Below are positions 1 through 8,373 of a DNA stretch of 46,845 nt, in pieces (positions within the stretch are counted from its first letter, which is position 1; the number at the start of each line of letters is the position of its first letter). Below the pieces are notes generated by a model, which worked only from the letters and a program-made list of their open reading frames with translations, ran no database searches and was not told where the DNA came from. The stretch lies in assembly GCA_035685585.1 (NCBI GenBank), contig DASSAH010000346.1, forward strand, positions 1-46,845, given 5' to 3'. Source of the stretch: Coriobacteriia bacterium. Its GTDB lineage: Bacteria; Actinomycetota; Coriobacteriia; Anaerosomatales; SLCP01. The position numbers and the translations under genes are program-made.

Positions 1-141
1 CACGCTGATCGCGATTTCGTCAGCGAGCGGGCCGATCATGCGTTTATCCCCCGCACCGCCATACCGGCCGCGGCGCACGCCTCGCGGAGCCCGCGGCGCC
101 GCTTCTCCTGCGGCGTCAGCGGTCCCGTGTAGCCGGCCGGG
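1..141. repeat. Direct terminal repeat, copy 1 (identical to 46705..46845); overlap of a circular assembly
   Basis: Read directly: bases 1-141 (cacgctgatcgcgatttcgtcagc...gccggccggg) are repeated exactly at the 3' end. The repeat lies inside coding sequence. Confidence 0.95.
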
Positions 142-482
142 AAGGCGTAGCGCCGCAGGCCGTCGGTCCGTCGCGTTGTGGTCGCTTCGCCAGCACTCAC
201 CGCACGGCAGAAAGCGGCGTAGCTCTTGTCACGCGTCAGCCTGCGCCGCCAGCGCTTGTAGCGCGTCCACGAGAAGCGGCGCAGATCGTCCGTGCCCTGC
301 GCGCCAAAAGCGCCCGGGTGCCGGCCCTTGTCGTCGCTCCTGCCAGGCTCCCAGCCCGGCATCTTGCGGGTGCGCCGCTGGAGCATGCCCGACTGCGCCC
401 GCATCGCCTCGGCGAACGCGAGGAGCGCCGCCATCATTCCGCGCGGGCGGAAACTTGTCGCCGGTCTCGATACCTTCTGCAT
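36..482 (-). CDS. Hypothetical basic protein (148 aa)
   Basis: Internal ATG (residue 120) of ORF 36..839, with GGGAGG upstream, starting 6 nt after the helicase stop. The longer N-terminal extension is Arg/Ala-rich and overlaps the helicase gene in another frame. Its stop forms ATGA with the start at 39 (=46743) of the next gene across the circular junction. Confidence 0.6.
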   Translation of the reverse strand: MQKVSRPATSFRPRGMMAALLAFAEAMRAQSGMLQRRTRKMPGWEPGRSDDKGRHPGAFGAQGTDDLRRFSWTRYKRWRRRLTRDKSYAAFCRAVSAGEATTTRRTDGLRRYAFPAGYTGPLTPQEKRRRGLREACAAAGMAVRGINA

Positions 483-487
483 CGTGC

Positions 488-1954
488 CTACCTCCCTACC
501 TCGATCTTGTCCTTGACGTAGCGCCATGCGAACTGCGCCCACTTCCCGCGCTTGTACCCGACCGCCTGCGCCAGCGCGTCGACCACGCGCCGCCCGTCGT
601 CGCTGCCCGCGCGCGCCAGCTCGAACGCTTTCCCGAGCAGCGCTTTCTGCCGCTCCGCCGGCGTCATCGCTTGCGTGCGCGCGATAAACGCCGCGTGCGT
701 CGCCGCGTCGGGTATTCCCGCCTCGACGAGCTCGGCCTCGATCGTCTGCCACGTTTTCTGATCGCGCGGCGCCTGCCCCGCCAGATCGAATCCGCACGAC
801 GGGCAGCGTCGAGGCGTGCCCGGGAACACTCCGTAGCATTTTGGGCAGGTCGTGGTCGTCGGCGCCCGCTCGCCCTTCTCGCGCTTCTGCGAATCAAGCG
901 ACCAGGCGCGGTCCTCGAGCACGTGGCCGTGCAGGTAGTAGTTGCCGACGTGGTCGAGGATCACCGCGCGGTCCTTGCCGGGGAACGGGCGCAGCGCGCG
1001 GCCGACGATCTGGAGATAGAGCGCGAGGCTCATCGTGCGGCGCAGCAGGATCGCGCCGGCGAGCACCGGGACATCGACGCCCTCGTTTATCAGGTCACAG
1101 AACGTGACGACCTGCACGCTGCCGTCGCCGAGTCCTCCAATCGCCGCCTCCCGCTCCTCGCGCGGCATGTCGCCCCAAACGGTCCGGGCCCGGTAGCCGG
1201 CCGCGTCGAACACGGACGCCATGAGGCGCGCGTGCTCGATCGAGACGCACGAGACGATCACCGGCAGGCCGTCGAGGTGCTTGCGGTAGTGGCTAACGAC
1301 GTCGCCGACGATCTTGCGGCCGGACATGACGCGCTGCTGCTCGGCCGTGTCGAAGTCGCCCCGCTTGACGTGATACTCGGCCGTGACCTCCTCGGGCGGG
1401 CGGAAAATTACGGGCGGCGAAAGGTAGCCCTCGGCGACAAGCTGGGAGATCGACGGGCCGACGATCATCTCGGCGAACGTCTCGCCGAGGCCGCGGCCGT
1501 CAAGCCGCGCCGGCGTCGCGCTTACCCCGACGAGTGGCACCTCGCTCCAGTAGCGGATTACGCGGCCCCAGGAGTTGTCCTGCAGGCAGTGGTGCGCCTC
1601 GTCGCACACGATCAGGTCGGGCCGCTTGAGCGCATGCAGGCGGCGCACAATCGTCTGCACCATGCCCGTCTGTATCGTGTCGAGGGTCATCGGGCGGCCT
1701 GGCGCGATCTGACCGGACGTGACGCCGAGGCCGTGAAGCGCGCGGAGCGTCTGCTCGAGGATCTCGCGGCGGTGCACGAGGATGTAGACGCGGTTATGAC
1801 GGGCCGCGGCGCCCCGCGCGATGGTCGCATAGAGCACGGTTTTGCCCGAGCCGGTCGGCGCGACGTAGAGCACGGACGGCACGCGCCGGCGCAGCGCGTC
1901 GCGCAGCGCGTCGAGGCCGGCCTGCTGGTAGGGGCGGAGGGTCAGCGCGGGCAC
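488..1954 (-). CDS. Superfamily-2 DEAH-box DNA helicase with C-terminal zinc ribbon
   Basis: Walker A APTGSGKT, DEAH box VCDEAHH, motif III VSATP, C-terminal CPKC...CPSC. GTG start preceded by GGAGGGGA. Confidence 0.85.
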   Translation of the reverse strand: MPALTLRPYQQAGLDALRDALRRRVPSVLYVAPTGSGKTVLYATIARGAAARHNRVYILVHRREILEQTLRALHGLGVTSGQIAPGRPMTLDTIQTGMVQTIVRRLHALKRPDLIVCDEAHHCLQDNSWGRVIRYWSEVPLVGVSATPARLDGRGLGETFAEMIVGPSISQLVAEGYLSPPVIFRPPEEVTAEYHVKRGDFDTAEQQRVMSGRKIVGDVVSHYRKHLDGLPVIVSCVSIEHARLMASVFDAAGYRARTVWGDMPREEREAAIGGLGDGSVQVVTFCDLINEGVDVPVLAGAILLRRTMSLALYLQIVGRALRPFPGKDRAVILDHVGNYYLHGHVLEDRAWSLDSQKREKGERAPTTTTCPKCYGVFPGTPRRCPSCGFDLAGQAPRDQKTWQTIEAELVEAGIPDAATHAAFIARTQAMTPAERQKALLGKAFELARAGSDDGRRVVDALAQAVGYKRGKWAQFAWRYVKDKIEVGR

Positions 1955-1955
1955 G

Positions 1956-2108
1956 CTATTTCCCCTCCGCGTACAGCCCGTTGACCACGCGCATGACGTG
2001 CTCGATTTCCTTGACCGCGTCGTCCTTGCCGTTGCGCCTGGCGGAGTCGCGCCACTTGCGCAGCAGATCGCAGGCGCGCAGGATGTCGGCGGCGGTTATC
2101 GCAGCCAC
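1956..2108 (-). CDS. Small hypothetical protein (50 aa)
   Basis: GTG at 2108 is preceded by GGGAGGGGAG. The longer ORF 1956..2180 would overlap the upstream gene by 85 nt. Start choice is uncertain. Confidence 0.4.
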   Translation of the reverse strand: MAAITAADILRACDLLRKWRDSARRNGKDDAVKEIEHVMRVVNGLYAEGK

Positions 2109-3331
2109 GGCTCCCCTCCCACATACCGCCATGCCGCCGCGCTCGTGCCCGGCATGCGCTCTCGGATCACCTCGAAGCACCCGGCGTGCTCCGCCATCCA
2201 GTCGTGCTGAAACCGCAACGCGCGGTCTACGCCCGGGCGCTCGAAATACCAGAAGTCCATGAGCACGACGACGGTCTGCCCCGCGATCCAGTGCGGGCCG
2301 AACGTGCGCAGCGCGGGGAGAAACAGGTAGTTGCGCTTGCAGCAGTCGTCGACGTGCAGGGAGATCGGCGGGCCGGCGTAGCGAGCCTTGCGGATGTCGC
2401 CCTTGTGGAGCGTGACGAGCGCGCCGATCTCATGCAGCGTCTCGAACACGCGCCCGCTCGTGTCCTGCCCATCGCGCAGTCGAACTCCATGCGCAGCCGC
2501 TTTCGCGACTTCCCCCGCGCTCGCCTCGAACGCATCGTAGGCGTGCACGACTACGCTCCGCCCGCTGTGCCGCACCCCGAGCGCCATCTGCGCCGTGCCC
2601 GCGCCGAGCCAGCAGCCCAGCTCGACTATCGCGCTCCCGTCCGGGCAGGCGGCGGCCCACTCGCGCAGGTCGCGCCCGATCTCGCGCCCGCCCATGCTCG
2701 GAATCCTCCGCACGGCCTCCGGCACCATGTCGTCGTCAATCGCCCGATGGCGCACGTAGACCAGCTTGAGATAGCTGACCCGCTCCGGCCGCTCCCGCGC
2801 GTCGTCGACGGCCACGACTTCGCCGCCGCACTCGGCAATGAGCGCGAGCAACTCGGGGAGCGTCGCGCCGTAGGGGTCCGTCTCGCTCGACTGCTCGTGC
2901 TCGCTGCCCCACTCGATCACCAGCACGCCGAGCGGAGGTCGCAGGCTGCGCAGCCAATTCGAGACGGCGCGTCGCGGATCCATTGCATGATCGAGGCTGT
3001 TCGAGTAGACGAAATCGGCGACACCCGACCACTCTGGGCGCAGGTCGTGAAAATCCCACTGGATCGTCCGCGGGAACTGCGCAGCGGTCGGCGCGATCTC
3101 GGTGCCGAGCACCTCGCAGCCGGGGAGCAGCTCTGCGAACATAGCCTGCTCGAAGCCGTTGCGCGTGCCGTGACACAGCCCGAAGCGTGGGGCGGCGCCG
3201 ATGAGCTGTTGCACGCGGTCGGCGACGGCGTAGATGTTCGCGGCGCGCGCCCAGGTCGTGCCGATTTTCTCCGCGTTCGCGCGGTACTGCGCGGCCAGGT
3301 AGGCGTCGCGCGTCGGGTAGGTGTAGGTCAT
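2096..3331 (-). CDS. Two-domain SAM-dependent methyltransferase-like protein (N-terminal class I MTase fold plus C-terminal TylF/Methyltransf_24-like domain)
   Basis: N-terminal domain: GLCHGTRNGFEQ...VLGTEI...DFVYSNSLDH. C-terminal domain: IVELGCWLGAGT...VHAYDAFEAS...LHVDD...VVVLMDFWYFE, a paralogue of the 5500..6168 product. ATGA coupling at both ends. Confidence 0.7.
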   Translation of the reverse strand: MTYTYPTRDAYLAAQYRANAEKIGTTWARAANIYAVADRVQQLIGAAPRFGLCHGTRNGFEQAMFAELLPGCEVLGTEIAPTAAQFPRTIQWDFHDLRPEWSGVADFVYSNSLDHAMDPRRAVSNWLRSLRPPLGVLVIEWGSEHEQSSETDPYGATLPELLALIAECGGEVVAVDDARERPERVSYLKLVYVRHRAIDDDMVPEAVRRIPSMGGREIGRDLREWAAACPDGSAIVELGCWLGAGTAQMALGVRHSGRSVVVHAYDAFEASAGEVAKAAAHGVRLRDGQDTSGRVFETLHEIGALVTLHKGDIRKARYAGPPISLHVDDCCKRNYLFLPALRTFGPHWIAGQTVVVLMDFWYFERPGVDRALRFQHDWMAEHAGCFEVIRERMPGTSAAAWRYVGGEPWLR

Positions 3332-4788
3332 GCGTTTGCTCCTGCGAAAAGTGGTAGCTCGTCGTTGACGCGCCGCTCTGCCATCGCCGCGTATTCCGGT
3401 TTGAGCTCGATTCCCACGCCTCGCCGGTTCAGCTTCGCGGCCACGAGTAGCGTCGTGCCGGCGCCCGCGAACGGGTCAAGAACGGCGCAGGGGACGGGAT
3501 CGCCGTCGTGGGAGCAGGAGGGGCGGAAGCCGAGGGTGGTGCGCGTAGGCTCACGGTTGGGTACAAATCCGTCCCGCGTCATGTTCGCAGCGCGCTCCCC
3601 AAATGCACCGAGTCGCCCCTTGTTCGGTGCTGGCGCTCGCTCGGTGGGCGCATACGACTTCTCCACCACGCGCACCCAGGGCGCGCCGCACTCGGGGCAG
3701 CAGCCGCGCTCGCTGGTCCCGGCGCGGATGCAGCGCTCGGCGAGGGCCTCGGGGAACGTGGCAAAGTGGGCTTCGGGGAAGGGCTGCGTTGCGATGGTCC
3801 AGACGGAGCGGGCGTTGCGCGAACGAGGTGCTGTCCCGTTCTCCTCGGTGGCATCCCAGCGGTCGTTGAATCCCACGACGTGATGTGAATTGCCGGGCAT
3901 CTGTGCGGCGGACTCTCTCTGCTTGTCTGTGAAACGGCCGTTTCCTGCTCTCCCATGATCTACCGTGTCCCAGCCGGCCGGGACCTTCTTGCGCTTCCGG
4001 TTCTGCATGTGTCCGGTGTAGCCAACATCGGGGCGGGGGCCGAACGCGAGCAGATCCGGGCGCGTGGTTATTCCTGGCTCTTTGACCGCCTCCGAGTCGT
4101 AGAAGTACCGCGCCGACTTCGACAGCAGGAACACGTACTCATGCGCTTTTGTCGGCCGATCGGTGACGCTCTCCGGCATGGGGTTGGGCTTGTGCCAGAT
4201 GATGTCCGCGCGCAGATACCAGCCGTCGGCCTGCAGCGCGAGCGCGAGCCGCCAGGGGATGCCGCACAGGTCTTTTGGTTTCAGGCTTGCATCGGTAGTG
4301 ATTCCGTGCTTGGAACGCTCACCCTTCTCTCTGCGCTGCCCCTCCTTGCTCCAGTCGCCCATCGGCTGCGCGACAGTTCTCAGTGAGTTGTGCGAGAACA
4401 TGCTTGTAGCGTAGCTATCCCCCATGTTCACCCACACCGTGCCGTCGCTGCGCAGCACCCGGCGCACCTCGCGGAACACGGCGACCATCTTGTCGATGTA
4501 CTCCTCGGGCGTGCGCTCAAGGCCGAGTTGCTGGTCGATCCGGCGGGCGCCGCACTTGCGGCAGATCGAGGCGTCGACGCCCGGGCGCTGGCCTGTCGTG
4601 ATGGCGCCGGGGGCCTTCGTGTCCTCTACCTGCCCGCCTACGCTGTGCTTGCACTCAGGGTCTCCGCCATCCCATGTGCCAGTGCCGTAGTCGCGCAGGC
4701 CCCAGTAGGGCGGGCTCGTGACGACGCAGTGCACGCTCTCGTCGGGCATCGTGCGCAGGATGGTGAGGGCGTCGCCGACGTGGATCAT
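3328..4788 (-). CDS. DNA methyltransferase, beta-class N4/N6 family (SPPY type, probably N4-cytosine)
   Basis: Motif IV TSPPYW near the N-terminus and motif I LDPFAGAGTT near the C-terminus. Cys-rich inserts (CKH...CRKCG; CCPECG). ATGA overlaps on both sides. Confidence 0.85.
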   Translation of the reverse strand: MIHVGDALTILRTMPDESVHCVVTSPPYWGLRDYGTGTWDGGDPECKHSVGGQVEDTKAPGAITTGQRPGVDASICRKCGARRIDQQLGLERTPEEYIDKMVAVFREVRRVLRSDGTVWVNMGDSYATSMFSHNSLRTVAQPMGDWSKEGQRREKGERSKHGITTDASLKPKDLCGIPWRLALALQADGWYLRADIIWHKPNPMPESVTDRPTKAHEYVFLLSKSARYFYDSEAVKEPGITTRPDLLAFGPRPDVGYTGHMQNRKRKKVPAGWDTVDHGRAGNGRFTDKQRESAAQMPGNSHHVVGFNDRWDATEENGTAPRSRNARSVWTIATQPFPEAHFATFPEALAERCIRAGTSERGCCPECGAPWVRVVEKSYAPTERAPAPNKGRLGAFGERAANMTRDGFVPNREPTRTTLGFRPSCSHDGDPVPCAVLDPFAGAGTTLLVAAKLNRRGVGIELKPEYAAMAERRVNDELPLFAGANA

Positions 4789-5510
4789 GCCTCGTGCTCC
4801 GTGAGTTGCGGCTGCTCGTACTCTGTGCGCTCGAACAGGCGCGGGCGGTTAAGCCATGCCGCCTCGATGCGCTTGCACGCGATGTCGAAATACTTGGGCT
4901 CGATCTCGATACCGATGAAGCGGCGGCCGAGGTTGACGCACGCAACGCCCGTCATGCCGCTGCCCATGAAGGGGTCAAGGATGATTTGCGCGTCTGCAAC
5001 AAAACTGAGACACCACTCCATCACCGCAACGGGCTTTTGCGTCGCATGCACCCGCGCCTCACCGCGCTCAGAGTCGCGCAGCATACCGTTCCACATATGG
5101 GCAAGGAGGCGCGCAGGGCCATCAAGGTTCGTCCAAGCCATCTCGCAATCGGCGAAGTCATTGACCGTCGTCCCGCGCCTCTTATCCCATACAAGCCAGC
5201 GCGCGGACTTTGGCAGACGTGCGGCATAGTGATTGCCGCCCCATAGGATTGACGGCACGCCAAGCGCGATAATCGGCGCCGGGTCAAAGTCGGTCTCGTC
5301 GCCACGCACAATGTCCTTGCCGGTGAACCGCTTTTCGTACCGCGAGCCATCACGATCACGACGCCTGATTCCGCCTCCACCGCCGCCGGGCGAATACCCA
5401 ATTCCATACGGCGGGTCCGTGACCACGGCGTCCACCGGCCCCAGCGTCGGGAGCACTTCAAGGCAGTCACCGAGGTACAGCGTGCAGTCGCCGATCTGCT
5501 CAGTACGCAA
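4785..5510 (-). CDS. DNA N6-adenine methyltransferase, beta class (DPPY type)
   Basis: VTDPPYG, HATQKP, LDPFMGSGMTG. TTG start at 5510 preceded by GGGGAGGGGGAAG. The 110 upstream codons of ORF 4785..5840 are Arg/Ser-rich and overlap 5500..6168. Confidence 0.8.
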   Translation of the reverse strand: MRTEQIGDCTLYLGDCLEVLPTLGPVDAVVTDPPYGIGYSPGGGGGGIRRRDRDGSRYEKRFTGKDIVRGDETDFDPAPIIALGVPSILWGGNHYAARLPKSARWLVWDKRRGTTVNDFADCEMAWTNLDGPARLLAHMWNGMLRDSERGEARVHATQKPVAVMEWCLSFVADAQIILDPFMGSGMTGVACVNLGRRFIGIEIEPKYFDIACKRIEAAWLNRPRLFERTEYEQPQLTEHEA

Positions 5511-6168
5511 CGCTTCCCCCTCCCCACTCGAACACCGCCGCCATCCCGTCGCGCTCGACGAACCGGAACGCCCGCGGATTCCGCTCCACAAGACGCCGCT
5601 GGTAGTCGAACGCCTCGCCCGCCTTGCTCTCGTACCAGTAGAAATCCATGAGCACGAGCCGCGCGCCCGATGCGAGGTGCGGGCCGAAGGTGGCAAGTTT
5701 CGCGCGCGTGTAGCGCTCGTCGCAGCCGATGTCGTCGACGAGCAGGCCGATCGGGCCGCCGATATAGGCGGCGTCGAACAGGTCGCCTTTGTTCGCCAGG
5801 ATCGGGGCGCGCATGACCGTCCGCGCGTCCCACTGCGCACCGCCGAGGCCGCCGAGCACCGGGCGGAACGGCGCGAGGTTCGCGATAAATAGCGGCAGCA
5901 GGTCGTCGGGCAACTCCTGGCCGTGATACTGGCGCGCCTTGCCGCGCAGGTCGCAGATCGTCGCGTCCCAGGTGTCGTAGGCGTGGATCTCGCGGTCGGA
6001 ACCGAGAGCGAGGTAGGCCGTCGTGCTCCCGAGATACGGGCCGATGTCGACGATCGCCTGGCCCGGAGGGACAGCGCCCGCGAGGCGGATCAGCGTGTCG
6101 GCGATGCGGCGCCCGCCATGGCCGAGGTCGTGGATTGCGTCGGCGAGAGCGCGGAGGTTTGGTGTCAT
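5500..6168 (-). CDS. TylF/Methyltransf_24-like SAM-dependent methyltransferase-like protein
   Basis: IVDIGPYLGSTT...IHAYDTWDAT...LLVDDIGCDE...RLVLMDFYWYE. Paralogous to the C-terminal domain of 2096..3331. Confidence 0.65.
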   Translation of the reverse strand: MTPNLRALADAIHDLGHGGRRIADTLIRLAGAVPPGQAIVDIGPYLGSTTAYLALGSDREIHAYDTWDATICDLRGKARQYHGQELPDDLLPLFIANLAPFRPVLGGLGGAQWDARTVMRAPILANKGDLFDAAYIGGPIGLLVDDIGCDERYTRAKLATFGPHLASGARLVLMDFYWYESKAGEAFDYQRRLVERNPRAFRFVERDGMAAVFEWGGGSVAY

Positions 6169-6446
6169 GCGGACCTCACGGCTGCGATAGTCAGGCGACG
6201 CGCAAAGTCGAGATTGAATCCAGCCGCGCTAGTCGTCGACGGCCAGTCACACCAGCGCTCCGAGCCCCACATGTGCCACTTGCCGCGGCGTAGCGTCGTA
6301 ATCCGCAGGTGTCGTCGCGGGCCAGTCCAGAATCCAGCGCCGACCTTCCAGCGAAACGCGCGCAGGACTATCGCGCGCGAAGCCGCCGGCCTCTCGAAAG
6401 CTCCGCGCCGCTCGAATCGATTCCGCTCTATCGAAAATCCGCTCAC
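6165..6446 (-). CDS. Hypothetical protein (93 aa)
   Basis: GTG at 6446 overlaps the upstream stop as GTGA and is preceded by GAGGTGAAGG. Its stop overlaps the next start as ATGA. No recognisable family. Confidence 0.5.
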   Translation of the reverse strand: MSGFSIERNRFERRGAFERPAASRAIVLRAFRWKVGAGFWTGPRRHLRITTLRRGKWHMWGSERWCDWPSTTSAAGFNLDFARRLTIAAVRSA

Positions 6447-7012
6447 GCCTTCACCTCGTAAAACCACGTCCATTCCTCGCCGCGCTCGACGCGGTAGGCC
6501 CAGGGCCCGAGAAACGCCGTCACCGCAGCCTGTACCGCGCCCTGGTCCGGCCGCCCGTAGTCGTGCCCGCAGAGCAGACCGCCCGGCCGCACCTTCGGCG
6601 CCCACGCGCGCAGGTCACGCGTCACGCCATCGTAGGAGTGGTCGCCGTCGAGGAAAGCGAAATCGAGCGAGCCGTCGGCCACGCAGCCGGCGGCCGTTAC
6701 GCTGTCCATGTGCAGGATGCAGCGCCGCTCGACCCATGGCGCCGTGCGCCGCTCGGCCTCCATGCGCGCGAGGTCGAACGTCCGCTGCGGGTGCCTCGCC
6801 ATCTGCGCCCCGCTGGCGTAGTAGCTGTCCTCCGGCGGCGGCGCGAGCCAGCGGTCGACCATGTAGAGCCGAAGCCGGGGCCGGGCCGCGAGCAGGCGCT
6901 CCGAGAGGCGGCCCTGCCAGACGCCGACCTCGGCGCCGACGAGCGCGCGGTCTGCGGGCAGGCGGGACAGGATCGCGTCCCAGCGGTGGGCGCGGGGCTC
7001 AGAGCGTGGCAT
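6443..7012 (-). CDS. Class I SAM-dependent methyltransferase (Methyltransf_24-like)
   Basis: VGAEVGVWQGRLS...LYMVDRW...LDFAFLDGDHSYDGV...GGLLCGHDY. ATG at 7012 preceded by GGAGGGAG. Confidence 0.7.
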   Translation of the reverse strand: MPRSEPRAHRWDAILSRLPADRALVGAEVGVWQGRLSERLLAARPRLRLYMVDRWLAPPPEDSYYASGAQMARHPQRTFDLARMEAERRTAPWVERRCILHMDSVTAAGCVADGSLDFAFLDGDHSYDGVTRDLRAWAPKVRPGGLLCGHDYGRPDQGAVQAAVTAFLGPWAYRVERGEEWTWFYEVKA

Positions 7013-7769
7013 CGCGGTACTCCCTCCAGATCCGCGCCGCCTTGCGGAGCTCGGGCGGCAGATCCTCGACCGGCGTCGAGCCAAGCACGGCCCATCGCAG
7101 CGTGCCCTTGACGTGCAACATGCGGCACTCGGGGCCGATGTCCGCCCAGTCGTCCTGGCAGGCGTTCCACTCGCGGCACGGCAGCGCGATCACGCGGGCG
7201 CCGATCTGTGGTAGCTCTTTTTTCACGAGATACCAGAAGCTCGCCTGATTCATCCCGCATGTCGCGCGCCGCCAGGGCTCGTGGAAAACGGGGTCGCGAT
7301 ACATCTGCAGGTCGACCTCGCGCCAGCGGCGGAAAAACGCTTTCGCCGCGGCGGTCGGGCGCACAAAGATGACGCCGCCGTTGATAGGCAGGCGCGGATT
7401 GCTGGTCTGGGTGTAGGCGATGTCCCACGGCTGGTCGATCGGCGTTTCGTAGCCTCCCCACTCGGCGAGGTGGAACGCATCCTCGACGCTCTGCAAGCAC
7501 AGCATGTCGCAGTCGGATAGGATCAGCGGCTCGCCCGCTGCGCGTACCGCCTTCTCCCACTCCCGCAGCTTCGCGTTATTGCTCGTGTACGCCGTGCGCT
7601 TGCCGGGGATTCCGGCGGGCGGGCGCATCTTGATTTCCTCGAACGTGACGCCGGGCATGTTGCGGGCGCACGAGGCGCGGAACACGCGGGAGAGCTCCGC
7701 GTAGGCTCCGGCGTGCGCGCTCGGGGCGCGGCCGTCGTCGTAGTCAAACTCGCAGGTGATGAGTTTCAC
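6999..7769 (-). CDS. GT-A fold nucleotide-sugar glycosyltransferase (GT8-like)
   Basis: DxD-like LILSDCDM, NGGVIFV, GMNQASF and C..WN motifs typical of GT8-type enzymes. GTG start overlaps the upstream stop (GTGA at 7766-7769). Confidence 0.6.
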   Translation of the reverse strand: MKLITCEFDYDDGRAPSAHAGAYAELSRVFRASCARNMPGVTFEEIKMRPPAGIPGKRTAYTSNNAKLREWEKAVRAAGEPLILSDCDMLCLQSVEDAFHLAEWGGYETPIDQPWDIAYTQTSNPRLPINGGVIFVRPTAAAKAFFRRWREVDLQMYRDPVFHEPWRRATCGMNQASFWYLVKKELPQIGARVIALPCREWNACQDDWADIGPECRMLHVKGTLRWAVLGSTPVEDLPPELRKAARIWREYRDATL

Positions 7770-7948
7770 TCGATGACCTCGTAGAGCCGCACCATGTCCT
7801 CCATGCGCACGTCGCACTTGACGAGCTTCAACAGGCATGGCACACAGGTTGCCCGGAGCCCGAGCGTGATTCCGTCCGCTTGATCCTTGAGCTTCGCGCC
7901 GACGATCATCAATGTCCGCTCGCATCCGCAATTTGAACACCGCGTCAT
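7766..7948 (-). CDS. Small zinc-ribbon protein (60 aa)
   Basis: CSNCGC...CVPC cysteine pairs. ATGA/GTGA coupling at both ends. Confidence 0.6.
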   Translation of the reverse strand: MTRCSNCGCERTLMIVGAKLKDQADGITLGLRATCVPCLLKLVKCDVRMEDMVRLYEVIE

Positions 7949-8373
7949 TCTCCTACCTCCACCGGGCTCCCGCCCTTGTCAAACTCGAACGCCCCGCCCT
8001 TCTCGCGCACGACCGTCGAAAACCCGCCCGCCTTGCGCACCTGGGCGAGAAAGTTGATCTGCTCTTTCGTCGTCGTCACGTTCTCTGTTTTCAGTTCACA
8101 AGCACAAAACTGCGCGATCTGTGAGCCGATCATTTCCGCTGTCACCCGCACGCTGCGCCAGCCGATCAGGTCTGACGAGCCCTCGCACAGACCGAACCGG
8201 ATACGGCGCCCGGCAATCTCGTAGATCACCGCCGCGCCCGACCGCGTGCTCGACGGGTAGCTGCGAAGCTCGCGGCCGACGAACCCGACGCCGACGGAGT
8301 TGCGGAAAAGCCGCCAGCCTTGGCGCGTGGACCATAGGAGAAAGCGCTTGAGCAGCGCGGATTCGTGGTTCAT
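7945..8373 (-). CDS. VRR-NUC domain (PD-(D/E)xK) nuclease
   Basis: GSSDLIGW...FCACELKTE...TTKEQINFL matches the VRR-NUC D...E.K...Q pattern. Confidence 0.75.
   Translation of the reverse strand: MNHESALLKRFLLWSTRQGWRLFRNSVGVGFVGRELRSYPSSTRSGAAVIYEIAGRRIRFGLCEGSSDLIGWRSVRVTAEMIGSQIAQFCACELKTENVTTTKEQINFLAQVRKAGGFSTVVREKGGAFEFDKGGSPVEVGE

Noticed and set aside
1-141. Terminal repeat interpreted as a physical direct terminal repeat (T7-like ends)
   Set aside because: The repeat falls inside two translationally coupled genes, and the terminase is of the cos (Nu1/gpA) type. The repeat is best explained as the overlap of a circularly closed assembly.
36-839. 267-aa version of the first minus-strand gene
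   Set aside because: Its first 119 codons overlap the helicase C-terminus in another frame and are Arg/Gly/Ala-rich. An internal ATG with a GGGAGG site lies 6 nt downstream of the helicase stop.
38-1984. 648-aa plus-strand ORF covering the helicase locus. Similar long antisense ORFs occur at 2186..3883, 5923..7248, 8445..9491, 20883..21941, 23720..24928, 25969..27078, 27405..28706, 30020..31441, 33692..35077, 34827..35789, 37016..37891, 38752..39669, 44185..45384 and 45324..46340.
   Set aside because: These are shadow ORFs typical of high-GC DNA. They have Arg/Ala/Gly/Pro/His-rich low-complexity translations, no Shine-Dalgarno sites and no recognisable motifs. Each lies opposite a gene with clear family motifs and coupled start/stop geometry.
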